The position numbers and the translations under genes are program-made. The notes below the pieces were generated by a model. It saw nothing but the letters and a program-made list of their open reading frames with translations. It did no database searches and was not told where the DNA came from. Shown here one piece after another: positions 28,768 to 38,140 of a DNA stretch of 64,000 nucleotides. Within the stretch, counting starts at the first letter, position 1. Every line of letters starts with the position of its first letter. Source of the stretch: a virus (taxonomy: Duplodnaviria; Heunggongvirae; Uroviricota; Caudoviricetes); IMG/VR virus record IMGVR_UViG_3300051215_000059; one strand, written 5' to 3'.

Positions 28768-29369
28768 AGATTTCAACCGACATTGACATTGACTTTGTGA
28801 ACCGAGACGATATTCTTCGGTTCATAAAGCATATTCCAGCGACTACTCGTCAAGAGAACGTATTGAAAAAACATAATAGTGGTGTGTATTTCAATCCTAT
28901 TCCACATGACCCTCTCACTGGATTTGCTGCGATTGATTTTAGGCAAGCAGAAGAGCGTGGATATTTTAAGATAGACTTTCTAAATAACAGTCTGTATTCT
29001 GGTATCAAGGATGAAGCACATCTTGACCGCTTGATTTCAACCGAGCCGTTTTGGGAACTATTAGAAGAGAAAGATATAGTATCGCAACTTGCTCATATTC
29101 ATAATCATTATGATACGGTAAGTTTATTGAAGCCGAAGTCAATTGAACAATTGGCTGCGGTTTTGGCAGTTATAAGACCAGCCAAGAAACATCTTATTCG
29201 CCAGGGATGGCAAGCAATTATGCAAGAAGTTTGGGTAAAACCAGATGACGATACAGGCTACTACTTCAAGAAATCACATGCTATTTCTTATGCAACTGCC
29301 GTGGTAGTTCAACTTAATCTAATTTGCGAACAAGCTGTATTGAACGCCTCTTCACACGCTTCTGTATAA
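28764..29369 (+). CDS. Miniature DnaE (Pol III alpha)-like protein, about 200 aa
   Basis: TDIDIDF, KHNSGVY, GYFKIDFLN, LAVIRPA and YYFKKSHAISYA are C-family polymerase motifs. Confidence 0.8.
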   Translation: MKISTDIDIDFVNRDDILRFIKHIPATTRQENVLKKHNSGVYFNPIPHDPLTGFAAIDFRQAEERGYFKIDFLNNSLYSGIKDEAHLDRLISTEPFWELLEEKDIVSQLAHIHNHYDTVSLLKPKSIEQLAAVLAVIRPAKKHLIRQGWQAIMQEVWVKPDDDTGYYFKKSHAISYATAVVVQLNLICEQAVLNASSHASV

Positions 29370-29703
29370 TATTTGTAAGACTTGTTTCTGGACCCCACAA
29401 TATCTCAACATCTTTTGTATTCATATTTACTATTGAATACTTGAAAGGGGAGATTTGCGCCCCTAAAAATATATTGATGGGAATAAGTCTATTTGATTCC
29501 CACCACCATTGCTCACCAAGTTCTACAAAACTTTTTCTTTCGTCTGGCGATGAAATCTTTTCAAAGTTGTATAAAGATGTTATAGTGGGGTCGGTATTAA
29601 TTAAAATACCGAGGTAGTATGTGTAATCTTTTTTGCCATATTGAATATAGGAGAAATACGGGTAATTCTCTTGTATCCATTCTTTTTTTTCATTATCAAA
29701 CAT
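29314..29703 (-). CDS. Conserved hypothetical protein
   Basis: Fills the gap, divergent from 29729; LGEQWWWESNRLIPI. Confidence 0.65.
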   Translation of the reverse strand: MFDNEKKEWIQENYPYFSYIQYGKKDYTYYLGILINTDPTITSLYNFEKISSPDERKSFVELGEQWWWESNRLIPINIFLGAQISPFKYSIVNMNTKDVEILWGPETSLTNIIQKRVKRRSIQLVRKLD

Positions 29704-29728
29704 AATTATATTTAGCATAAATATATCT

Positions 29729-30529
29729 ATGATAAATGTAAATGTATTTCAATATAACAGAGAAATAGAACTGGTGTGTCTGGATTCAACCAACACAGCT
29801 AGTGCCACAGCATATTTGGGGAACATGCCGATGTATGATGGACATCACAAACTACACAAGGGTATAGATAATACTCTGAGATTTCGTATAAGAGATACAG
29901 ACCGTAAGCCTGTTGACCTTACAAACAAAACCTTGATATTCAAAATGTATGACCGTCAGTCCAGAGAAAATGTCCTTTTCATGTATCCAACTGTTGAAAA
30001 TGCAACAAAAGGGTTGGCGTCTCTTGTGATTCCCACCGCTGATACTATAATGCTTCCAGAAGGATTTTATACATTTGCGATGTATACCGTTCAAGATGGG
30101 GTTGAGCAAATCATATACACTGACACATACGACAATGCCAAGGGTGTTATTGAAGTTATTGACGATGTGTATCCAGAGTTTGAAGATTCACAAGAAACTT
30201 CTATCTTCTTTTATGATGGCATCAAGCACATATCAACCGTTTTTGATGGTGCAGGAAATACCGTGAAGTCAAAATCACTTCATACTATAGCCATATACTA
30301 CGAAGGGTTTACAGGGACCGTGACTATTCAGGGTGATTTGAGTGTTCAACCAAGTTCAAGTGATTCTGATTGGTTTGACTTGACACCTCGTTTGCTGTAT
30401 GATTCTTCCATCACAATCAATAACGAGACTGGTGTTCAAGCGTATGTAGTTCAGGCAAACGTGAACTGGTTGAGAGTTGTGTATACAAACACCACTGGCT
30501 CAATATCCAAGATTCTTCTTCGAAACTAA
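29729..30529 (+). CDS. Virion structural protein (BppU/Ig-like N-domain)
   Basis: CATAAATA at 29716; KPVDLT...KGLASL...EGFYTF pattern. Confidence 0.55.
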   Translation: MINVNVFQYNREIELVCLDSTNTASATAYLGNMPMYDGHHKLHKGIDNTLRFRIRDTDRKPVDLTNKTLIFKMYDRQSRENVLFMYPTVENATKGLASLVIPTADTIMLPEGFYTFAMYTVQDGVEQIIYTDTYDNAKGVIEVIDDVYPEFEDSQETSIFFYDGIKHISTVFDGAGNTVKSKSLHTIAIYYEGFTGTVTIQGDLSVQPSSSDSDWFDLTPRLLYDSSITINNETGVQAYVVQANVNWLRVVYTNTTGSISKILLRN

Positions 30530-30566
30530 CTTGACTTTTCGGCTCCAATGATATATATTGGTGAGT

Positions 30567-31568
30567 ATGAATCTTCAAGAAGTAGTATTATCATATATTC
30601 CAAGTAACAGCAGGAACAGTTCGGGCGGTTGGAGGTCATTCAACTGTCCTTGCTGTGTTGATAATGGAGAACCACGACCCGACACCCGTATGAGAGGTGG
30701 TATTCGGTTTGAACCTGATTTGATTTCATATCATTGTTTCAACTGTGGTTTTACTGCCTCACATCGTAAGGGAAGAACCATCAACAAGAAGTTCTTGCGA
30801 TTTATGAAGCTGTTGGGAATACCAGATAGTGATATAAAGAGATTGCAACTTGATAGCATCCGAGAAAAGGAGCTATCAAGTGGTCCCAGTTTCTTCATGC
30901 CAACTCATAATACCATTTCACTGCCTACCTTTCCAGAAGTAGAATTGCCAAAAGGCACATTTCCATTAAGTGAATGGCTTATGATGGCAGATGAACCACC
31001 TGAAAATAGCATATATGCTGCTAAGTATCTTGTAGACAGAGGTGTTTATGACCATGTAGATGCCTATTGGTGCAATGACATGAAGTTTCGCAAGCGAGTG
31101 ATATTTCCGTATTTTCAAGGTAATACAATTGTCGGATATGCGGCAAGAGACATCACTGGAAGGTCTGAAACTAAATATCTTGCCCAAGCACCTAATGGAT
31201 ATTTGTATAATATTCATAAAATTGCGGAACCTACAAAGTTTCTTATTGTGGTTGAGGGAGTAATTGATGCTGCCGCTTTAGATTGTGTCGGGGTATTGTC
31301 AAATGAAGCTGGACAGGCACAGATTGACTATCTAAACCAATATAAAGGCGAGATAATCGTTTGTCCAGATAGAGACAATGCAGGGAAGAAACTTGCAAAG
31401 CAAGCGATTGAGAATGGATGGAGCGTTTCCTTTCCAGAATGGGAACCAAACATTAAAGATGCGGCTGATGCTGTAAATAGATACGGAAAGTTTTATACCC
31501 TAAAGAGTATAATTGATGGTAGAATTTCAAACACTACCAAAATAAATGTTAAACTAAAAATAAAGTGA
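30567..31568 (+). CDS. gp61: DNA primase (gp61/DnaG-like)
   Basis: Zinc motifs CPCC and HCFNC; TOPRIM VVEGVIDA and PDRDNAG. Confidence 0.88.
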   Translation: MNLQEVVLSYIPSNSRNSSGGWRSFNCPCCVDNGEPRPDTRMRGGIRFEPDLISYHCFNCGFTASHRKGRTINKKFLRFMKLLGIPDSDIKRLQLDSIREKELSSGPSFFMPTHNTISLPTFPEVELPKGTFPLSEWLMMADEPPENSIYAAKYLVDRGVYDHVDAYWCNDMKFRKRVIFPYFQGNTIVGYAARDITGRSETKYLAQAPNGYLYNIHKIAEPTKFLIVVEGVIDAAALDCVGVLSNEAGQAQIDYLNQYKGEIIVCPDRDNAGKKLAKQAIENGWSVSFPEWEPNIKDAADAVNRYGKFYTLKSIIDGRISNTTKINVKLKIK

Positions 31569-31591
31569 TTCTGATTCACGAAGGAGAGATA

Positions 31592-33013
31592 GTGTCAGAT
31601 ATTAAAAATTACACCCCAGATTTACAAAAACTATTTGTTCAGTTTATGTTGACTGATCCTGAACTATACACACGGGTTCGGGGCATCATCAAGCCTGAAT
31701 ATTTTGATCGTAGTATTCGTCCAGTTGTATCCGAAATCATTTCATATAGTGAAAAATATTCGTCAATGCCAAGTCCTCAGATGATTAAAGCAGAGACGGG
31801 GCAAACAGTAGAAAAACTGGACAATATTGCACAACACTCCGAATGGTTTGTTGATGAGTTTGAAATTTTCTGTCGTCATAAGGCTATTGAGAAGGCTATC
31901 ATTGATAGCACAGATTTGTTGGAAGCTGGAAAGTATGGCGAAGTTGAACTGCGTATCAAAGAAGCAGTTCAGATTGGTCTTGCACGTTCATTAGGCACAG
32001 ACTTCTTTGCTGATCCAAGAGGGATTCTTGAGGCACTAAAAAGCAAAAACGGACAAATCACTACTGGCTGGAAATCGTTAGATGACAAGTTGTATGGTGG
32101 CATCAACCGTGGCGAAATTACTATTTTTGCTGGTGGTTCTGGTGCTGGTAAGTCTCTATTCATGCAAAACATGTCGTTGAATTGGGCAGAGATGGGACTA
32201 AACTGTGTTTACTTCACCTTAGAATTGAGTGAAGGTCTATCCTGTATGCGTATGTATGCAATGGAAACTGACCGTGGCACAAAGAAGATTTTTAAAGAGT
32301 TGGATGATGTTGAACTTCATGTCAAGATGAAGGCAAAGAAATCTGGTATGCTACGAGTAAAATACCTACCATCAGGCTCAACTGTGAATGACTTGCGTTC
32401 ATACCTGAAAGAACTTCAGATTCAAACTGGCGTCAAAGTTGACTGTATTTGCGTAGACTACCTTGACCTTCTTATGCCAGCAACTAAGAAAGTTCCAGCA
32501 AGTGATCTATTCATCAAAGACAAGTATGTCACCGAAGAACTTCGTAACTTCTCTATGGAAACAAACATGGTAGTTGTAACGGCATCACAGCTTAACCGTT
32601 CCGCTGTTGAAGAAGTTGAGTTTGACCACTCACACATCGCTGGTGGTATTTCTAAGATTCAGACCGCCGACAACGTGATTGGTATTTTTACTTCCAATGC
32701 GATGAGAGAGCGCGGACAATATCAGCTACAGTTGTTAAAAACACGTTCAAGTAATGGGGTTGGCAGTAAGGTCAATCTGGTGTTTGATATTGATAGTTTG
32801 AAGATTTCTGATGATACCACTGGAACAGCATTTGATACTGCCGACACATCAACTGCAAGTATGGTAGATACCCTTCGAAAGAAAACAGTAGTCAACAAAA
32901 AAGCATCTGACGATGAAGACACCCCAGTTATGGATAACGGGAAAAACAATGCCACTGCAAGCCTACGTGCTATGCTAAAGACAAAAACCCGTTCTGCATT
33001 TGATGAAGTGTGA
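31592..33013 (+). CDS. gp41: Replicative helicase (gp41/DnaB-like)
   Basis: GGSGAGKS, FTLELSE, VDYLDL, TASQLNR, SKIQTAD. GTG start after GGAGAG. Confidence 0.92.
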   Translation: MSDIKNYTPDLQKLFVQFMLTDPELYTRVRGIIKPEYFDRSIRPVVSEIISYSEKYSSMPSPQMIKAETGQTVEKLDNIAQHSEWFVDEFEIFCRHKAIEKAIIDSTDLLEAGKYGEVELRIKEAVQIGLARSLGTDFFADPRGILEALKSKNGQITTGWKSLDDKLYGGINRGEITIFAGGSGAGKSLFMQNMSLNWAEMGLNCVYFTLELSEGLSCMRMYAMETDRGTKKIFKELDDVELHVKMKAKKSGMLRVKYLPSGSTVNDLRSYLKELQIQTGVKVDCICVDYLDLLMPATKKVPASDLFIKDKYVTEELRNFSMETNMVVVTASQLNRSAVEEVEFDHSHIAGGISKIQTADNVIGIFTSNAMRERGQYQLQLLKTRSSNGVGSKVNLVFDIDSLKISDDTTGTAFDTADTSTASMVDTLRKKTVVNKKASDDEDTPVMDNGKNNATASLRAMLKTKTRSAFDEV

Positions 33014-33037
33014 TAAATACATTACGGGAGAAATGCT

Positions 33038-33283
33038 ATGACCAAAATTCGTAAAAGTTTGTTTGAAGAACTCAGTAGTATTGCTGTATCAAAAGACAAG
33101 GATAGAATTGTCGAACAGAAGGCAGAGAATATTATTGCCAGTGCTATAAATTTGATGGAATACATCAATTCTCATTACGATGAGGATACAGCAAGCGATT
33201 TGACAAAACGTTTGGTAAACAGCATTCGCACTCAAGACCCTCGCAAGTTCAAGAGAGGCATTGAAACAATGAAGAAGTCGTAA
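33038..33283 (+). CDS. Late hypothetical protein
   Basis: GATAAATA at 33012; GGGAG RBS. Confidence 0.7.
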   Translation: MTKIRKSLFEELSSIAVSKDKDRIVEQKAENIIASAINLMEYINSHYDEDTASDLTKRLVNSIRTQDPRKFKRGIETMKKS

Positions 33284-33507
33284 TGAGCATAGAAAAGCAA
33301 ATCAACGAACTTAAAAGACTGGCGGGCATATACAAGGTGTATGATCCAAATTTCCCAGTTCAGCAAGAGAACATTTCTCATACTGGAACCGAAAAATCTC
33401 GGTATATGAAAAAGCATAACATCCAGCCGGGAACAGATGAGTGGTTTAAGTTGTGGTTTGCACGTCCATATCTTACTGGTGAAAATCCATTCGGGAAATC
33501 AAAATGA
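33283..33507 (+). CDS. Late hypothetical protein
   Basis: Coupled; INELKRLAG and PGTDEWFKLWF. Confidence 0.7.
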   Translation: MSIEKQINELKRLAGIYKVYDPNFPVQQENISHTGTEKSRYMKKHNIQPGTDEWFKLWFARPYLTGENPFGKSK

Positions 33508-34445
33508 AAATAAGTGAAATCATATTAGACAAAGGTAGAGACCGTAAGAGACGTGGCCCACGTCCACCTTGGGACAAGCATATAGAGTTCCATAGCAGAA
33601 CTGGTGAGGTTGCCAATTCAAGTGGCAAAGTAATCAGTGAAAGTGGTTCAATGCCAGGTGTTGGTGCGATTCACATTTCCGAAATTGAACCAACATTGCG
33701 TCCACTTGAAAAGGCACTTGGCATTGACCTGATGAACAATGTATTGGGTTCAGTCGGTAAGAAGCAATTTTCTGGGGATATTGACGTTGCGCTAAACCTT
33801 TCACGAGAAGAGATTCCTGCATTTATGGAAAAGTTGAAGTCCTTGCCTCAAATACTGGACATTGCACAGAGTAGTGTCATCATGACCAAACTCAAAATTG
33901 GCAAGTATGACCCATCCATTCAAACAGACAAGGAACGCACTGGTTATGTTCAGCTTGATTTCATGCCTGGCGATCCAGAGTGGATGAAGGTGTTTTATCA
34001 TGCGCCACACGAGAACGATTCAAGATACAAAGGCGTGATGAGAACTACATTCTTGGCGACTATTGCTGCAATTGCCAATCAGAAAAATTCATCAGAAACC
34101 ACTGACGATGGCAGACCATTAGAAAGCCAACGTTTCATGTTTAGTCCAAGAGACGGACTCATTCGTGTAAAAAGAACACCAGTTCCAAAAAAGACTGGCG
34201 GCGGCTATACCAAACAAAATAATAATGAAATTATCGGTGGACCTTGGAAAAAGACTGACGAGATTGCTGACGTTCTCAACCTTGGAACTGGAAAAGACTT
34301 AGACAGCTTTGAGACGTTGTATAACGCAGTCAAGAAGAACTATGATGGCGCAACTGCTACGAAAATCTTTACTGACTTTGCAAATGCAGACTTGACAAAA
34401 GAGCTAGGAGTTCCGTCCGAAATAGAAAAATATGCGGAGAGATAA
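33504..34445 (+). CDS. Pol-beta-superfamily nucleotidyltransferase-like late protein
   Basis: GSVGKKQFSGDIDVAL and VQLDFM; N-terminus MKISEII. Confidence 0.7.
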   Translation: MKISEIILDKGRDRKRRGPRPPWDKHIEFHSRTGEVANSSGKVISESGSMPGVGAIHISEIEPTLRPLEKALGIDLMNNVLGSVGKKQFSGDIDVALNLSREEIPAFMEKLKSLPQILDIAQSSVIMTKLKIGKYDPSIQTDKERTGYVQLDFMPGDPEWMKVFYHAPHENDSRYKGVMRTTFLATIAAIANQKNSSETTDDGRPLESQRFMFSPRDGLIRVKRTPVPKKTGGGYTKQNNNEIIGGPWKKTDEIADVLNLGTGKDLDSFETLYNAVKKNYDGATATKIFTDFANADLTKELGVPSEIEKYAER

Positions 34446-34446
34446 T

Positions 34447-35211
34447 ATGGATGAGTTGCAGTTTGTCAACACCTTATGCGAAAGCAAGCTATTCAGAACA
34501 AAACAGGTAGTTGAAAGCCTGAATGTAGATGATGCCGCTGAACTTGCATTTGTGTATTTTATGATTTTGAATGTGTGGAACAAGGATTATGACTTTGCGC
34601 CTCTTGCGAAAGAGTATGCAGAACGAACAACTATGTTTTCAAACTTCAATACATTTAGACCAAGTGCAACGGATTTATATATTTCTCTGAACCGTCTGAT
34701 TGGAACTGACCAGACGTATAGTGATGAAAAAGACCAGATCGCAATGAAGCGAATAAACTTGAAGCCATTGGATGTAAAACGATATTTGGCTCATATTGCA
34801 AATAATAACAGTAATGCAACATATGAAAATGCAATGCTAATGAAGTTCCAGCGTGATTTGAATATTCAAGACAGTATGCTGCGTTCAATGAGAAGATTGG
34901 TTGCAGATTGGGATAATATTAGCAAATCACAACGTGCATTGGTGGTAACTAGACTTACGCAGTATATTAAGTTAAGAGCAATTCGTAGTGATGCATATTC
35001 GCCATTGGTGGCGTTTCAGAACCACAAAGGATACAAAGTGGACGACAGTAGAGATACTAAAAAGAGTGTATGGGATAGTCCTATTGCGACTATTGCAAAG
35101 GGAGTTGCAATGGTATACGGCGCTAAAAAACTGGGCCAGCATTTAGGAAAGACGGGATTGGATTCGGCTGGCTCAGAAATCCCAAGCAGATTCCCTTCAA
35201 AAAGCAAATAA
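34447..35211 (+). CDS. Late hypothetical/virion protein
   Basis: GGAG RBS; late block. Confidence 0.7.
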   Translation: MDELQFVNTLCESKLFRTKQVVESLNVDDAAELAFVYFMILNVWNKDYDFAPLAKEYAERTTMFSNFNTFRPSATDLYISLNRLIGTDQTYSDEKDQIAMKRINLKPLDVKRYLAHIANNNSNATYENAMLMKFQRDLNIQDSMLRSMRRLVADWDNISKSQRALVVTRLTQYIKLRAIRSDAYSPLVAFQNHKGYKVDDSRDTKKSVWDSPIATIAKGVAMVYGAKKLGQHLGKTGLDSAGSEIPSRFPSKSK

Positions 35212-35278
35212 ACAGTTCAAAAAAGATAAATAAAAGTATAGAAGGTATTATCCTTCATAGATTTACAGGAGAAATAAA

Positions 35279-35539
35279 ATGGTAACTAAAGTTCATGAAG
35301 CATTTAACCCAGGCCAGTTTCTAACAGGCAACCTAAACCACTTCACCGTCACCAATGATGGTGCAGATGTTGACCTAAAGCACCTAGTTGAAACAACTGG
35401 TACACGTGCAACCGTAGTTCTACTAGGTGCAGGCGATACATCAGTTCGCATCGGTGTTGAAAACAACGGCGCATGGGATGCAGACACACTAGCAGCAGCA
35501 CTAGGCGGCGACTACGCAGTTGCAGCTTTCACATACTAA
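35279..35539 (+). CDS. Small, probably abundant virion protein
   Basis: Own late promoter (35225), AGGAG RBS and terminator; LTGNLN motif shared with the next gene. Confidence 0.75.
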   Translation: MVTKVHEAFNPGQFLTGNLNHFTVTNDGADVDLKHLVETTGTRATVVLLGAGDTSVRIGVENNGAWDADTLAAALGGDYAVAAFTY

Positions 35540-35562
35540 TACCACATTAGTATTACAAGATG

Positions 35563-35591
35563 AAGACCTAGCTTCGGCTAGGTCTTTTTTT
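35563..35591 (+). terminator. Intrinsic terminator, UUCG loop
   Basis: AAGACCTAGC-TTCG-GCTAGGTCTT plus T run. Confidence 0.85.
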
Positions 35592-35633
35592 ATTGATTAT
35601 ATAAGATAAATATGATATATAAGGAGATGGCAA

Positions 35634-36029
35634 ATGTCAAGAATACATGGAGCCGCAAGTGCAAGTGAGCACCTAACTGGCAATTTAAACTTTTACACTT
35701 TGTATATCACTGATGCAGTTGACATTACTGCATCGGGAAACATACTTGATCAATCACAGCAAAACTTTGACGATGTAGTAAATCTAATTAACTTAGTAGC
35801 ACAACCAGTTCTAATGAACAATCCAATTTCAGTAGTGTTGGATGATTATGCACCAACACTATCTGGAAATGGATACATTTTCAAGTTTGCCGTTGAGCAT
35901 GGACACGTTTTTGCTCGTAACGGAGACAATGTTGCAATTCTTGCAGAACTGTTTGATGGCGTTACGATTGATGGAGTATTGCTTGAAGTCGGGTCAAACA
36001 TTGAATTTCTAATGTCTGATCTTCTATAA
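35634..36029 (+). CDS. Virion protein, paralog of 35279
   Basis: Late promoter at 35605; HLTGNLNFYTL. Confidence 0.7.
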   Translation: MSRIHGAASASEHLTGNLNFYTLYITDAVDITASGNILDQSQQNFDDVVNLINLVAQPVLMNNPISVVLDDYAPTLSGNGYIFKFAVEHGHVFARNGDNVAILAELFDGVTIDGVLLEVGSNIEFLMSDLL

Positions 36030-36093
36030 TGGCGTCCCCGCGTTATTGTTGAATAACCCTCTAATAATATGGTAAACTAAGTCAATAATGCAC

Positions 36094-36122
36094 CCCAGAG
36101 GTTTCGGCCTCTGGGCTTTTTA
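36094..36122 (+). terminator. Intrinsic terminator
   Basis: CCCAGAGGT-TTCG-GCCTCTGGG plus T run. Confidence 0.8.
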
Positions 36123-36170
36123 TTGGAATATTATTGGTAGTATCAAATGATAAATACTGTATAGGCAGAC

Positions 36171-36440
36171 ATGCCAAGATGGGAGTTTGATATGGAACCG
36201 ATTGATCCAAAGTTAGCAGAAATAGAAATGAAAAATTTAGAGGTTCATGTAGCAGCCTCACATATGCGTTATCAGAATTTAGAGCAAGGGCTTGCTCGTA
36301 TTGAGAAGTCTGTGGAAAAACTTGCGTCTGATACAAAAGATGAGTTCAGTGAGATTAAAAAAATAATCGTATGGACTGCATCTACTCTTTTCGGCACGAT
36401 GCTGATCGCGTTACTATCAACAGTATTCAAGGTGTTGTAA
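36171..36440 (+). CDS. Coiled-coil protein with a C-terminal transmembrane helix
   Basis: Late promoter at 36149; IIVWTASTLFGTMLIALLSTVF. Confidence 0.65.
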   Translation: MPRWEFDMEPIDPKLAEIEMKNLEVHVAASHMRYQNLEQGLARIEKSVEKLASDTKDEFSEIKKIIVWTASTLFGTMLIALLSTVFKVL

Positions 36441-36718
36441 TGATATTGGAAGAATTGTTTGAAGAAACATTGGAAGAAGCCAAACTTGTATATGCCCGCA
36501 AAGGCAAACAGGTTGTTCGTAAGTATCGTTGTAGTTCTGGTAGATTGGCTGGAAAAACTGTGTCTAACCCATCGGCATGTTTTAAGCCAGTTGATATAAA
36601 GAAGCGTTTCGTTCTTGCCAGAACAAAGGCAAAAATGGGTGCGAGAATCGCTAAAAAATCAAAAGCTACAAAAAAATTAAATCCTGCCAGCCGTATGCTG
36701 AAGACATTAAATAAGTGA
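36440..36718 (+). CDS. Basic late protein
   Basis: MILEELFEE acidic leader followed by a K/R-rich body. Confidence 0.7.
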   Translation: MILEELFEETLEEAKLVYARKGKQVVRKYRCSSGRLAGKTVSNPSACFKPVDIKKRFVLARTKAKMGARIAKKSKATKKLNPASRMLKTLNK

Positions 36719-36726
36719 GATAAAAC

Positions 36727-37287
36727 ATGGAATTGGGAAATAGAATTAAAATGTCAATGATGTCTGAAGGCATTGAGAGAAATTACGAAGAAATTTCTCA
36801 ACTTTCTGGTGTGAAGATTGAAGACGTAAGACAGAAAATGAAAACCATGAAATTCACTGATTATATTGATGTTATGAAAGCATTGAAAAATCAAGATGCT
36901 GACACTTTGAAAGAGATACTTGGCGTTACCCTAGAATACAACATGGGTGGCACTGTTTCTCCTGCACAGATGAGAGCACAAAAAGGACAGCCTGTTGGAC
37001 AGGGCGACAGTCAAGGCGTAACAGATGTTGAACCAACACAGACTCCAATGCAATCACAGCAACAACGTGTTATGGCAATGCAAAAGCTAGGAAAGAAAAA
37101 TCTTGGTGGAGCATCCGCACAACAAGCAGCGAGTGCAATTGACGCAGCATCAAATGCAAAACCGTTGAACCCAGTGCAGAGAAAGTCTTTGGCTACACAA
37201 GCCGCAGCAGTGGATGCACTTGCTCAAGACCCAAGAACCGCAGCGCAGTTCAGACAACTGCTAAATAGATTGAACAAGGGGGCATAA
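36727..37287 (+). CDS. Late hypothetical protein
   Basis: Operon context; Q/A-rich. Confidence 0.65.
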   Translation: MELGNRIKMSMMSEGIERNYEEISQLSGVKIEDVRQKMKTMKFTDYIDVMKALKNQDADTLKEILGVTLEYNMGGTVSPAQMRAQKGQPVGQGDSQGVTDVEPTQTPMQSQQQRVMAMQKLGKKNLGGASAQQAASAIDAASNAKPLNPVQRKSLATQAAAVDALAQDPRTAAQFRQLLNRLNKGA

Positions 37288-37482
37288 ATGCGTCTAACCG
37301 AAGTTTTAGGAGGTCTGTATGTTATGATTTCCGAAGAAGAATACGATTTGATTGAAGAATTTTTCAATGAGACTGACTATGTGAGCGAGGCTCAATTGTC
37401 AGATCGTCAAGTCGTGCTTGCAGAAGGACTTGTAAAGAAGGGAGTGCTGAACCCAACTTTACGAGGTTTCAAAATGGTATAA
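37288..37482 (+). CDS. Late hypothetical protein
   Basis: MRLTEVL N-terminus; abuts the upstream stop. Confidence 0.65.
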   Translation: MRLTEVLGGLYVMISEEEYDLIEEFFNETDYVSEAQLSDRQVVLAEGLVKKGVLNPTLRGFKMV

Positions 37483-37494
37483 TCGGAGGATAAT

Positions 37495-38109
37495 ATGACA
37501 GCACCAAGTAGGCAAGATGTAAATGCAATGACAAACATACTAAAAGCGTTGAATGGTGACACATCAGGCTTGAAATCACAACCATCATCAGTTTCGTCTG
37601 GCAGTCCAATTGACTTGAAGCCAGGGGTGTCATCTGATGATGTAAAAGCGATGGAAGGCATACTAAAAAACTTTTATGGAGCAAGCCAAAATGTTGCTAA
37701 AAAAGTAGTAAGCACAATCAATGAGTCAACAAAAATTGACAATGGAGTTGCCGTTGGTGTTTTTAGTATTGAAAAAAATGACAAAGAGTTATACGATATT
37801 AGAGACATGCGTTCACAGGATACATTGTTTGAAGGTCTAAGACTATACGAGACTGCTTATCTTTTGGCAAACTACTTGAACGAAGGAAAGAAAATCAATT
37901 CCGCCGAAATAACAAAAATTATTTCATCAAATGCTGTATTTGAAACATATTATTATGATGCTATTTCTCATAAGCGTTCATACAATACCGCAAAAAAACG
38001 AGGCGACACAACCAAGATGGATATAGCCGAAGCAAGATTTGACCGTGCTAAATCGGAAGCACAAGCAGCGCGTATGCAAATCAAAGCACTCTACGAAAAT
38101 AAAAGATAA
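37495..38109 (+). CDS. Late hypothetical/virion protein
   Basis: GGAGG RBS. Confidence 0.7.
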   Translation: MTAPSRQDVNAMTNILKALNGDTSGLKSQPSSVSSGSPIDLKPGVSSDDVKAMEGILKNFYGASQNVAKKVVSTINESTKIDNGVAVGVFSIEKNDKELYDIRDMRSQDTLFEGLRLYETAYLLANYLNEGKKINSAEITKIISSNAVFETYYYDAISHKRSYNTAKKRGDTTKMDIAEARFDRAKSEAQAARMQIKALYENKR

Positions 38110-38140
38110 ATACTATATCAAGTAATATAGGGGTTACAAC

